Both the position numbers and the translations under genes were made by a program. From a virus, in the IMG/VR virus record IMGVR_UViG_3300017987_000006, positions 96,001 through 160,000 of that record: DNA of 64,000 bases, one strand, 5' to 3'. Below are positions 8,555 to 17,729 of the stretch, piece by piece (positions within the stretch are counted from its first letter, which is position 1; the number at the start of each line of letters is the position of its first letter). The notes below the pieces were generated by a model that was not told where the DNA came from, searched no databases, and saw only the letters and a program-made list of their open reading frames with translations.

Positions 8555-8743
8555 TTAGGTGATGAACTCTGCGTCGTTCAGTAGGCGGGTTCTGGCCTGC
8601 TCCATCGTCGTACAACCCTGGAGGCTGACGCCGATGCGATCGGCCAGCTTCTGTAGCTCGTCTGGACCGAGCTGGTAGAATGGGTCTTTGAGAACTTCAA
8701 CGAACTCCTCATCCGTGGGCGAGACAGTGGCTCGGCGACTTAC
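8555..8743 (-). other. Open frame without canonical start codon (possible frameshift extension or small gene)
   Basis: Encodes ...PTDEEFVEVLKDPFYQLGPDELQKLADRIGVSLQGCTTMEQARTRLLNDAEFIT*; protein-like, ends just before the terminator. Confidence 0.35.
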
Positions 8744-9327
8744 TCGTCGCCCTCGTCTTCCCCCGAGTCACCCTCGTTGATCTCCGTCTCAATCTTCTCC
8801 TGCAGCTCCTCGAAGCCCAAGCCCTCCGGGGCGACCTTGGCACGCATCACGTTGTCCTCCTCGAGCCAGGTGCCGAGGTGGATGAGGTTACGCAAGATCT
8901 TGTAGTTCTCACTCAGGACGTTGTTGATGGCGTCCTCGATCGAAGACCGAAGCTCGGCGAGCTCCTCCTTGAGATCTGCGAACCCATCGTCCACGGTCTT
9001 CCCCAACGTATCAACTCGATCTTCTATATCTCCTCCAGACCGACTGGACTTGGGAGGCTTCTTTTCCTCCTCCTTCCTGGATTTGGCCTTGGTCTCGGTC
9101 TTGTCCTTGCCCTTAGTGCTAGATCTGCTCTTGCCCTTTTTCGAGCTGCCCCCATCTTCCCCGGCCCCCTCCTGCTTCGCGTAGAGCCACTCGACAACAT
9201 CATCGAAGTCCATCTCCGCACACTCTTGAACGTCCAGGTCGAGTTCCTTCGCGATGCGGCGGACCTCCAACCTGTTCATGTCGTGCAACTCTTCCTTCGT
9301 GTAGAATTTGTGTTCGTCCCTTGCCAT
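8740..9327 (-). CDS. Hypothetical protein (small helical N-domain, K/S-rich linker, coiled coil)
   Basis: 195 aa; RBS GGAGG; consistent codon usage. Confidence 0.7.
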   Translation of the reverse strand: MARDEHKFYTKEELHDMNRLEVRRIAKELDLDVQECAEMDFDDVVEWLYAKQEGAGEDGGSSKKGKSRSSTKGKDKTETKAKSRKEEEKKPPKSSRSGGDIEDRVDTLGKTVDDGFADLKEELAELRSSIEDAINNVLSENYKILRNLIHLGTWLEEDNVMRAKVAPEGLGFEELQEKIETEINEGDSGEDEGDE

Positions 9328-9331
9328 CTGG

Positions 9332-9544
9332 TTACCTCCTGGTTGTTGGTGGCGGTTTTATTAGCATCGCTTTGAGCGCACGTGAACCCGCCAACCCACG
9401 TGCTCGAATTCTCGCTGTTTTATCCGAAAGTGTGGCTTCTTCCCACGCACCACACCCACAATCATTCTCCAGCATTTTGAGTGTCGCATCCGGGCATTTT
9501 CCCAGAAGTGAGCACGTCAAACACATTTTTCGTTCCCCGCTCAT
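9332..9544 (-). CDS. Small Cys-rich hypothetical protein
   Basis: CxxC...C...CxCxxW; tightly packed in the operon. Confidence 0.55.
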   Translation of the reverse strand: MSGERKMCLTCSLLGKCPDATLKMLENDCGCGAWEEATLSDKTARIRARGLAGSRALKAMLIKPPPTTRR

Positions 9545-10065
9545 GACCTCTCCTCTGCTGTCAAGAGGGCGTGGTTTTCCAGCTCACATTCCAGCGCCTT
9601 CACATCCGAACACTCCCAGCAGTACGTACTGCATTGGATCTGAGAATTGATGTACTTCCACTCGTTGTAGAACATGTTCTGCAGTCTGCATCTAGCCCGG
9701 TGCGTTGGATTGTTGTCCAGGTCCTTCGCTGCTTCGATTCCTTCTATGATCAACGCTATCAGCGTTGTTCTAGGAAGATGCCTGCCGACCACGCGCCACA
9801 TCGTCGTGCCCTTCCTCGATGCCGGATGATGTCCGTAGCGGCGCTTGTCTGACAGCAAGAACGTGTAGGCGCACAGCTCGACCAGTTCAGTGTTGTTCAG
9901 ATCGTCCCACGGAATGAAGGTCGACTTGAACTTGATCGGGTCTGCTTTCTTCCGCCTCCCCTTGTGCTTGATCCACTCGATGTGGTTATAGAACCTGTCA
10001 TCATGTGCGGGCTGCGGAATGTCGTCTTCTGGATCGATTACGATGGTTTCAGATCGATATTCCAT
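9541..10065 (-). CDS. Hypothetical protein with C-terminal Cys cluster
   Basis: IQCSTYCWECSDVKALEC; overlaps neighbours in operon style. Confidence 0.6.
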   Translation of the reverse strand: MEYRSETIVIDPEDDIPQPAHDDRFYNHIEWIKHKGRRKKADPIKFKSTFIPWDDLNNTELVELCAYTFLLSDKRRYGHHPASRKGTTMWRVVGRHLPRTTLIALIIEGIEAAKDLDNNPTHRARCRLQNMFYNEWKYINSQIQCSTYCWECSDVKALECELENHALLTAEERS

Positions 10066-10517
10066 TGAGCCCTCCCGGCCACCTCAGCCAGAGTAATTTC
10101 CAGCCGAGGGTTTTCTGGGTCGCAGTCTTTGATCAACACGTGGAAGAATGTCGCGCAATCGTCCACACCGGTTACGATCTTCACCGTGTCCTCCGCCAGC
10201 TTCACCCTGTTGGACGTGTCAATCTTCTTCCACTTCGTCTCAGCCTTGCGCTGGCCTTTCTTGATCCCACGCGTGTAAAACTCATTCCACCCCTTGTTGA
10301 TCACACGCTCAAAATAGAAATGCAGGACCAAGAAGTACATCTGGTTTGGATCAAGAGCCTTTAGGAAGCCGAGATTTGCTTGCCGCGTCAACTCTTTGAC
10401 AGATCGCGTCCTCCACGTTCTGGCTTCGGACGACAACATCCGACCTCCACCGGGACGCTTGATGTAGATGTTGTTGCTTGTTGGAGGCATCGTCAGTGTA
10501 CCCTCGACCTTCCTCAC
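10038..10517 (-). CDS. rusA: RusA-like Holliday junction resolvase
   Basis: PPTSNN N-terminus and DTSNRVKLAEDTV...GVDD pattern resembling RusA DxDNxxKxxxD...DD. Confidence 0.7.
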   Translation of the reverse strand: MRKVEGTLTMPPTSNNIYIKRPGGGRMLSSEARTWRTRSVKELTRQANLGFLKALDPNQMYFLVLHFYFERVINKGWNEFYTRGIKKGQRKAETKWKKIDTSNRVKLAEDTVKIVTGVDDCATFFHVLIKDCDPENPRLEITLAEVAGRAQWNIDLKPS

Positions 10518-11266
10518 AGCTTCCTCCTGCGCGGAGGCTTGATGGACGGCCGTCTTGTTCCCCTACGTTCCTCTGGCATCTCCGCCTCTTGGTCCAGCGT
10601 CTCCTCGTCCTCGAGCTCCAGGAAGTACCCGGATGGAATCTTACGAGAATCGATGGACCCGGAGCGCATCGCTGTCTTGATTTTCTGATCGCGTAGGCTG
10701 ATGTGCCTGGACAGCATCTTGAGGTCCGTTTCCAGGCCCTTTGCGACTTTCGTCATCAGCCTACTGAGGCAACGGAGTTCCAGCTCTTTGGCATCGGCCA
10801 GCACGAACCGTCGGTCCGTGGTCATCAGGTTGGTCTTGTCTGTCTGCTTGCCGTCTTTACCCAGCCGCACCTTTGCTGCGATGAATTCCTTCTGCTTTTT
10901 GGCCTCATCATACTGGTTTTCGATGAGGCCGAGCTGCTCGTTGACGTATGTGGCGTAGCTGCCAACGATGTGAAAAAGATCTCCCAAATCGTCATTTTCG
11001 AGGTCGACAACTCTCCCTGGTATTCTGGGGACGCCGTCATCGTCCAAGTACTGAGACTCGAACGGTGGGGGCCATTCCCTGGGATGGATACCAAGGTTGA
11101 TCAACCCGTCGTAGGCCGACTCCGCCACCCTGTATGCGTCCTCCCCCTCCTGCGTCTCCATTTGCAGCGAGCCGATGGCACGCGGCGGGACATATGTCTT
11201 CGGCATCTCTGGGTCTTGCCGTTTCTTCTTTCGTATCCTCGGCATCTTGGGAGGTTTCTTTGCCAT
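10514..11266 (-). CDS. UvsY-like recombination mediator (tentative)
   Basis: Helical core ending KMLSRHISLR resembling UvsY-like proteins; located near RecA/UvsX. Confidence 0.4.
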   Translation of the reverse strand: MAKKPPKMPRIRKKKRQDPEMPKTYVPPRAIGSLQMETQEGEDAYRVAESAYDGLINLGIHPREWPPPFESQYLDDDGVPRIPGRVVDLENDDLGDLFHIVGSYATYVNEQLGLIENQYDEAKKQKEFIAAKVRLGKDGKQTDKTNLMTTDRRFVLADAKELELRCLSRLMTKVAKGLETDLKMLSRHISLRDQKIKTAMRSGSIDSRKIPSGYFLELEDEETLDQEAEMPEERRGTRRPSIKPPRRRKL

Positions 11267-11267
11267 C

Positions 11268-12110
11268 CTATCTTCCTCCGTTCATTGTTAGAGATCCATG
11301 TCGGCTGCCACGCCGCCCGCGCCTGGGAGGCTTGCAGACATGGGCGTACCGGCACGTACGGCAGTGAAAGCCGTCCTCCCTGGGAGGTTCTTCTCCATCG
11401 ACGGCGTGGCGGCGCACAAAGTAGATCTTCTGCTTGATCGCTTCCCAGTGATCTTTATCGAACGTGATGAAGTACTCCGCCATGATCGAATCGTTCTTGT
11501 TGTAGTATAGGATGCACATCATCGGCAGGTCCAGACAACCCATGTAGACCTGTGCCTGGGTGATAACTTCCGGGCCGGGGCCGTTGAGCTTGTCGAACAG
11601 CTCCTTCTTCATCGATTTGATCTCCAGTCCCACACGGATCTCGTCGCCTTCTGCTCTGACTGCCCAAATACCGTCTGTAGTGGAGTCAATGTCCAGATCC
11701 ATCGCCGGGCCTGGGGTCCTCTCGTCAAAGTGGACCTCATCGACGAACACCTCTGTGTCCTCTGAGGCGCGGGCGACCTTGTGTAGATAGCCTTGGAGCT
11801 GTTCGTGAATCTTGGTCCCGGTGTTGAAGATCATCCGCAGTCGAGGATCGATGTTCTGTTTCGGCTCGACCCCGCAATATCGGTAGTACATCACCCGTGC
11901 ACATCCCATCACGTACTTCCCGCACAGCGACTTCCCTCCCTTGCTCCCGATATCGGACGCGCTGAACACCCCCATGCGCTTCGAGTGCGGCTTCAGGTTC
12001 AGATCGTCGAGGTGGGAAAAGATGCGAGGTATGACCTGTGCCTTGGTGATTGCCCGCCTGATGGTCTCTTCATCTGCGTCTTCTAGGTCTTTGATCGTCT
12101 GTATCTTCAT
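11268..12110 (-). CDS. Cas4-like PD-(D/E)XK exonuclease
   Basis: SASDIG..C..CAR, GTKIHEQLQ, DG...EIKS, QAQVYM, C-terminal CRTCRYAHVC. Confidence 0.8.
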   Translation of the reverse strand: MKIQTIKDLEDADEETIRRAITKAQVIPRIFSHLDDLNLKPHSKRMGVFSASDIGSKGGKSLCGKYVMGCARVMYYRYCGVEPKQNIDPRLRMIFNTGTKIHEQLQGYLHKVARASEDTEVFVDEVHFDERTPGPAMDLDIDSTTDGIWAVRAEGDEIRVGLEIKSMKKELFDKLNGPGPEVITQAQVYMGCLDLPMMCILYYNKNDSIMAEYFITFDKDHWEAIKQKIYFVRRHAVDGEEPPREDGFHCRTCRYAHVCKPPRRGRRGSRHGSLTMNGGR

Positions 12111-12639
12111 TAATCATCTCCAGGAAAAGTGAGAGAGGGAGGATTGCAAAACGTTCCCCGATCTTGCGGAATTCCAGCACCAGCGCCGGCATCTCGTTGG
12201 CCTCCATCGCGATGGAGGTGATGCGGGCTAGATCGACCAGCTTCAGGGAGTAGTTGGCCAGTGAGTCAGTAAACTTGTGCTCAACGCGCCAGCTACCTAG
12301 CTTACGTATGTCTCCCTTATACCCACTAAGGCGCGTATTTCCGGAGCCGGGCTGACGGCGTCCACCCATCTTCTTGGCCAGCTCCCTCTCGAGCTTCTGG
12401 GACTGTTTGATACGCCGCTTGGAGTTCCTGCTCTTCTCTGGGTCCGGCCCGGCATCCACATGAACGTCAGCCTCGACGATCTCCTCCAGCAGGCACTTTT
12501 CGCAGAGACGTATCTCGCGGATTGGATCTCCGTCACGAATCAGACTGAACGAGAATGTCTTTCTGACTCTTTTGCAGCTGTTGCAGGTTTTCCCGTGAGG
12601 CAGGGCCTCGGTTCGTAGCACCAGCGGAACATAGCTCAA
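12070..12639 (-). CDS. Zn-finger plus Hjc-type PD-(D/E)XK resolvase/endonuclease
   Basis: CNSC...CEKC then ERELAKKMGGRRQPGSG...KGDI...VEHK; likely TTG start at 12639 overlapping the RecA stop. Confidence 0.7.
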   Translation of the reverse strand: MSYVPLVLRTEALPHGKTCNSCKRVRKTFSFSLIRDGDPIREIRLCEKCLLEEIVEADVHVDAGPDPEKSRNSKRRIKQSQKLERELAKKMGGRRQPGSGNTRLSGYKGDIRKLGSWRVEHKFTDSLANYSLKLVDLARITSIAMEANEMPALVLEFRKIGERFAILPLSLFLEMINEDTDDQRPRRRR

Positions 12640-14015
12640 CGGAACCTCACGTGAGAAAGACCTGCCTTGATGTAGACCAGCTCGCTGATCGACTGTTGTA
12701 GATCTGGCTCCCGTTCGATCAGATCGATCATGCTGTTCTTTCCGTGGACATCTTCCATGTCGATGTCGGGTATCGAGTACCAACCGCCGTCACGCTTCTT
12801 GATGACTCCGAAGATTTCCGCCTGGGCGAATAGGTCCCCGATGGTATCCACCTCGAGCGGGTCGAAGTAGAGAACGAACTGACCAGTCTGGCCCTCACGA
12901 GCTCCAGCCTTCGCCTTGGTGACCTCCCAGTTGACCTCTTTGCCGATCTTCTTGCCGCTCTTGTTTGTCAGGAAGGCACCCGGGTTAGCAGAGACGCGGG
13001 CGTGATTGAGGTGCTTGAGTGAGTGCGCGCCCTTCGCTTCGTATGGCCGCCCGAACTGACGCTTTCCGGTTGTTTGGATCTTAGCCCGAACCTGGCGGAT
13101 ACAGTAGACCGAAGTCTCGTTGACCTCGACTGCTGGATCGTCACCGCTCCACCCACACCCGCCGGCTCCCTTCTCAGTGGGGCAGACGTACTTGAAGTTC
13201 ATCTTCGCTTCGCTCGTGACCCTCTTGGTCAAGGGAGCGAACCCACACTCCGGGCACCGGAATACTGGGTTGAATGCATCCAGCACCTTCTTGCTGAAGC
13301 GAGTCTGTACCGTGGCGGGAGACGCAACCTGTGGAATTTCCTCAATGGACTTCTCGTCTTCTTGGATCGTGATCATTGCATCCCATGAGTCCACCCCGAT
13401 GAGCTGGTAGGCGTTGGCCTCCACGGCGTAGACAATGCCGTCCAGCACCTTTTCAGATGGGCCCTCAAAGATGTGGAACGCTCCCACGTCCTTGCAGGAT
13501 AGGGCTTCGTCGATCTCCTCCTCCGTCAGCAGCTCCTCTCCGCGGTTGAGCCGTGCTCGCTGAGAGACCTCGATGTCGTAAGGGGACATGGCGATCTTGC
13601 AGCCACAGAGCTGCGCGAAGTGCTTGTCCACGAACGACTCGAAGCAGGCCATGGCCAAACACGTGTCCTCGCCGTAGTGCTTCTGCACGTTGGCGAAGAA
13701 CCGGTAGAGCAGATAGTTCTTGCCTATGCCCTCGGGGCCGTCGAACTGGTGCACCTTCCCGGCGATGAGGCCGCCGCCCAGGGCGACGTCCAGGCTGGTG
13801 ATACCACACGGCCGGCGTAGATCTGATGCGTCCCACGCCTCGTTGGCCGGGCGAATGATCGGACCCGTATTGCCGAACTTCATGTTGATGTCTCGTACGA
13901 TCATCTCCGGCGGACGCTTGGGAAAGCTCCGCCAGAGAAGGGACTTGTCCGACTTGTTGAGCTTCTTCGTGGCCTTCTTTTTGGCCGTCTTCTTCGTGGC
14001 CTTCTTCTTAGCCAT
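12636..14015 (-). CDS. recA: RecA/UvsX-like recombinase with Zn-ribbon insertion
   Basis: GITSLDVALGGGL..GK, Walker A GPEGIGKN, GVDSW, CIRQVR; likely start MAKKK at 14015. Confidence 0.85.
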   Translation of the reverse strand: MAKKKATKKTAKKKATKKLNKSDKSLLWRSFPKRPPEMIVRDINMKFGNTGPIIRPANEAWDASDLRRPCGITSLDVALGGGLIAGKVHQFDGPEGIGKNYLLYRFFANVQKHYGEDTCLAMACFESFVDKHFAQLCGCKIAMSPYDIEVSQRARLNRGEELLTEEEIDEALSCKDVGAFHIFEGPSEKVLDGIVYAVEANAYQLIGVDSWDAMITIQEDEKSIEEIPQVASPATVQTRFSKKVLDAFNPVFRCPECGFAPLTKRVTSEAKMNFKYVCPTEKGAGGCGWSGDDPAVEVNETSVYCIRQVRAKIQTTGKRQFGRPYEAKGAHSLKHLNHARVSANPGAFLTNKSGKKIGKEVNWEVTKAKAGAREGQTGQFVLYFDPLEVDTIGDLFAQAEIFGVIKKRDGGWYSIPDIDMEDVHGKNSMIDLIEREPDLQQSISELVYIKAGLSHVRFR

Positions 14016-14529
14016 CCTCAGGGTTCTCCTCGTAGGGCTCGGTGCCCAGATCGGGGTCCTTGGGGACGTTGACGTTTGGATCGTCAATGCCTTTAGGCTT
14101 CTCCCCGGACGCGCCCCGCTTTTCCTTCTCCGTCTTCTTCGGATCGATCTTTACTCCGTACTTTTCCATGAATGCCTCTCTTTCATCCATTGTGAATAGA
14201 TGCTCGTGACGATAAAAGAAGTACTGCGCACGCGCCGCCTTCAACATGTCCAGATAGATTAAGTCCTTGATGATCGCACGCAAGGGAGACTCACTATATC
14301 CTTTGGCGCTCCCGCTCACGTACCCCTCTGCGGGAGGCGGAGGAAGCTCGAAGCAGCGCTTGAGCGTCTTCTCCATGTGCTGCTGGTCCAAATCGATGTG
14401 GGTGATCTTCCCAACGATCTGTCCACCAGCGACAACTCGCACGCCGTTGAAGTCATCCTTGTTCTCGTTCAGCTTGGGGTTCCTGATGGGAGGCCCCTTC
14501 GTTCCGCGTGGTTTCCAGTTTCTACTCAT
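14008..14529 (-). CDS. Hypothetical protein
   Basis: Likely start MSRNWK at 14529 directly after the PolA stop. Confidence 0.6.
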   Translation of the reverse strand: MSRNWKPRGTKGPPIRNPKLNENKDDFNGVRVVAGGQIVGKITHIDLDQQHMEKTLKRCFELPPPPAEGYVSGSAKGYSESPLRAIIKDLIYLDMLKAARAQYFFYRHEHLFTMDEREAFMEKYGVKIDPKKTEKEKRGASGEKPKGIDDPNVNVPKDPDLGTEPYEENPEDG

Positions 14530-14530
14530 A

Positions 14531-16534
14531 TTAGTGCGCCTCCATCCAGGATGTACCCGTGCCGAGGTCCACGTCCAGCGGGACAGACAACTCACGTATC
14601 GGAACCCCCAGCATCTCTGGAATCTCTTCCAGCGGATGCTCCATTAGGTCCTTGATCCTGCTACAGCATTCCTTGAGGTTCTCGTCCGGGATCTCGAACA
14701 AGATCTCATCGTGGATCTGCAGCAGCTGCTCTGCACCGAGATCGCGCAGGACGGGGTCGTTCTCACAGCGGAGCTGGGCTAGTTTGGCGATGACGGCAGC
14801 GCCGCCCTGAATCCTGGAGTTGACGTCCTGGCGGAGAGCCCGCGCAGCCAGCTTACCAGGTCGCTCTGGGACGTAGCGCCGCTGCTTGGGACTCCAGTAT
14901 CCCGGCTGCCAGTCGTGATTCGCGTCTGGTAGTCGGCGCTTGTGTCCGAGGAAGCCCTGAACGTATTTGTTCTTGCGAACGAAGTCGTGTGTATCGGCGA
15001 TGAAATCCCTGACTCTGGGGTAGGGTTTGAAGTACTTTTCCTTCCTGGCTCGTGCTTCATCCACGGTGATCCCTAACTTCGCGGCCAACGCCCAATCACC
15101 TTCTCCGTAGTTGATACCGAAGCCGATGGACTTTGCGGTCTGCCTCAAGCCCATCAGCTCAGTGATCCATCCTGGCCACTCTTCGAAACGAACCTTCTCT
15201 GCTTCAAGCCACCCGGCCATGAACTTGGCTTCCTGTATGCGATCGTACTCAACACCGTACATCACAGAGGCGGTGCCCATGTGGATGTCCCAGCCGCGCC
15301 GGATGACGTTCCGCATGTTCTCGTCGCCGGACTCGTGTGCTAGGATTCTCATCTCCAGTTGAGCGTAGTCGGCAGCCGCCATCGTGTATCCGTAACGCGG
15401 CATGAACATCCCCCGCAGATTCCAAACGTCATCGTCGGGTCGCGGGATATTGTGCAGGTTCGGGTCCGTCGATGAAAGTCTGCCGGTTACGACCTTGTGC
15501 TGTGTCAACTTGGGGTGGATCCTGCCGTCCGAGCTGGTACGCTTGATCATACCTTCGACGTACGTGCCGCGAACCTTGTCCAACGACCTGTAGTCGACGA
15601 TCAGCTTGGCGACCTCGTGACCCTGTTTGGCCCAGGCTTGTAGCGTTGTTACGTCCACTGACGGCTGCTTGTTTCCGCTAGATCCGCCTGATGTCCATCG
15701 AAGTGGTACGAGCTTTTGGTCATGCACGAAGTAGTCGATCAGCTGTTTCGGCGAGCGGATGTTGATCTCCTTGCCGACCTTCTTGTTGATCTTGAACTGG
15801 ATGCGCTTCAACGCCTCGCCGATGGGTTTAGCGATGTCGTGCAGGTATCCCACGTCTACTGCTACTCCGCGGCGGATGTTGTGGTAAAGAACGCGCCCGT
15901 AAGGGGCCTCGAACTTCTCGAACAGGTCCCACATCGTCAGGCCGTGAGCAGCTTCCTCGCGTTCGAGCTTTCGCTTTAGATCTTGGTAGACAGCCAGCGA
16001 GGCGAAGGCGTCGAGTGAGGCATAGTCGATGGCGTCGTCTGGGTTCTGCTCCATCATTCGGAACAGAACATCCTGGTAGGTTTCTCCCTTCTGTTTCTTG
16101 AAGACCTTCTTGAACTCCCGCATGTTCAGCCCAAGGTGCTCGAGAGCAGTCTCCTTGAGGCCGTGCTTGCGACGGTTTTCATCGTGTAACCAGTCCATGA
16201 CGAGCGTGCAGTGGATGGGGCCAGGCATCAACGGAATGCCGGAGTTGGCCAGCATGCAGTTGTCGAAGTTCATGTTGGTCATGACCCAGGTGATGTCCGG
16301 GTTCTTGGAGATCTCCTTCTTGAAGACCGGGAGCATCAGCCTGTCCAGGCAGTATCGGACCCCGAGGTGTGGACAGAGCGACCAGATGATGATGTGTTCT
16401 TTCGTCCAATCATCCTTTCCGGTGGTCTCTGTATCAAGCGCACAGATGCCTGTGTCCTTGATCTCTCGGCAAACCTCGATGGTCCTTTCCGGCGTATCTA
16501 TCCACTCTGGCGTGGGCACTTTGATGTACGCCAA
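14531..16534 (-). CDS. polA: DNA polymerase family A with 3'-5' exonuclease
   Basis: Exo ALDTETTG, NMNFD, YASLDA; Pol motifs ADYAQLEMRILAH, RQTAKSIGFGINYG, QIHDEI; likely TTG start at 16534 (RBS GGAGG). Confidence 0.95.
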   Translation of the reverse strand: MAYIKVPTPEWIDTPERTIEVCREIKDTGICALDTETTGKDDWTKEHIIIWSLCPHLGVRYCLDRLMLPVFKKEISKNPDITWVMTNMNFDNCMLANSGIPLMPGPIHCTLVMDWLHDENRRKHGLKETALEHLGLNMREFKKVFKKQKGETYQDVLFRMMEQNPDDAIDYASLDAFASLAVYQDLKRKLEREEAAHGLTMWDLFEKFEAPYGRVLYHNIRRGVAVDVGYLHDIAKPIGEALKRIQFKINKKVGKEINIRSPKQLIDYFVHDQKLVPLRWTSGGSSGNKQPSVDVTTLQAWAKQGHEVAKLIVDYRSLDKVRGTYVEGMIKRTSSDGRIHPKLTQHKVVTGRLSSTDPNLHNIPRPDDDVWNLRGMFMPRYGYTMAAADYAQLEMRILAHESGDENMRNVIRRGWDIHMGTASVMYGVEYDRIQEAKFMAGWLEAEKVRFEEWPGWITELMGLRQTAKSIGFGINYGEGDWALAAKLGITVDEARARKEKYFKPYPRVRDFIADTHDFVRKNKYVQGFLGHKRRLPDANHDWQPGYWSPKQRRYVPERPGKLAARALRQDVNSRIQGGAAVIAKLAQLRCENDPVLRDLGAEQLLQIHDEILFEIPDENLKECCSRIKDLMEHPLEEIPEMLGVPIRELSVPLDVDLGTGTSWMEAH

Positions 16535-16595
16535 CAAAGACCTCCTATTGAAGGCCGTCCAGGAGCACACGCTCCCGGACGGCGGTTAGGTGTTG

Positions 16596-17729
16596 CTAGA
16601 ACGGAATGTCCTCGTCGTCGGCGGGGTCATCCTTGGTGTCGTCGCGGTCCTGGAGGTGACGACGGCTATCGTCGTCCGACCACGGGTTGCGCACCTTCAT
16701 GACCTTGGCCTGATTCTCGATCGGGTCAGGGGCGAAGATGCGGTGCAGTGTCGGTCTCTCAGGTACGAGCTTCTCGCACCGCTCGTCCAGGTCGCACACG
16801 CGGTGCTTGTGGAACGAGAGGGTGGTGCGGCGTTCGTCCTGGCCTCCCTGGCGGGAGACCTGCAGATCGACGTCCCAGATGCGGACGGGTTTGGGGCTCT
16901 TGCAGCTGTCGCAGTCGCGAACAGGGAGCAGAGGGGCCGCCGTGTCGCACTTCTTGCAGTGGTAGGGGCGGCTAGTGATGGACTTGAGCTGTTTCTTGCT
17001 CAAGTCGAAGTCGCTGGCCTCCGTATCGATGACCTCGCGGCCACACCCACGACACTCCCAGATGGGGGTGCTGATGGCTCCTCCGCAGTGGCACTCGCCT
17101 TGCAGCTCGTTGACCTTGCCGATGAGTTGGCGGAAGTGATCGGAGCCCAGGCTCCAGTGCAGGCGGTGGCCGAAGACGCGCTCCCAGCCCTCGCGCTCCA
17201 TCTGGCGCTTGCTGAACTTGTCCATCAGCTCTTCCTCCAGCACCTTCTCGAGTATCGGGTCTCCACGATTGGCCCACTTGGTGTCGCGCTCGTGGAATTG
17301 CGGACGACCGTCCCTGTCCGTTGCCTGAACCAGGCGGTACCACGCGAGATGGATGATCGAGAAAGCCGATAGACGGCGGAAGCTGATGTGGTTCGCACCG
17401 TCATCGATGAGGTAGCACGAGATGCACTTGCCACTGCCGTGCAGCTCTCCGTCGTTATCCTCCTTCCAGATCTTCGAGCACACGTGCGACCGCTTGACGG
17501 TGGAGTTGTAGTGCTCGATGCGCTCGTGGTGCGGAGCGTTCCGTCCTCGGAAGTCCTTGTGCACCTCAAGTAGGATGCGGATCCAGTCAGGATCGTTGAG
17601 GGGTGGTTTGAAGCGGCGGCGGAAGCGCTGACTTAGCCAGGGCTTGATCTTGCCTTTCCTCTTATCGAGTTCGGGTCCGTAATTCTGCAGGTAATCTAGT
17701 CCTGCGTCGAAGTCGAAGTCTTCGCTCAT
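16596..17729 (-). CDS. Putative single-stranded DNA-binding protein with Zn ribbons
   Basis: Acidic C-terminus ending DDEDIPF; multiple CxxC; between primase and PolA. Confidence 0.6.
   Translation of the reverse strand: MSEDFDFDAGLDYLQNYGPELDKRKGKIKPWLSQRFRRRFKPPLNDPDWIRILLEVHKDFRGRNAPHHERIEHYNSTVKRSHVCSKIWKEDNDGELHGSGKCISCYLIDDGANHISFRRLSAFSIIHLAWYRLVQATDRDGRPQFHERDTKWANRGDPILEKVLEEELMDKFSKRQMEREGWERVFGHRLHWSLGSDHFRQLIGKVNELQGECHCGGAISTPIWECRGCGREVIDTEASDFDLSKKQLKSITSRPYHCKKCDTAAPLLPVRDCDSCKSPKPVRIWDVDLQVSRQGGQDERRTTLSFHKHRVCDLDERCEKLVPERPTLHRIFAPDPIENQAKVMKVRNPWSDDDSRRHLQDRDDTKDDPADDEDIPF

Noticed and set aside
11268-12110. CRISPR-Cas system suggested by the Cas4-like gene
   Set aside because: No repeat-spacer array or other cas genes seen; stand-alone Cas4-like exonucleases are common in phage replication modules.
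12314-12326. Additional ATAAG motif (GGGTATAAGGG on minus)
   Set aside because: Lies inside a coding region (GYKG codons) with no upstream A-tract; probably coincidental.
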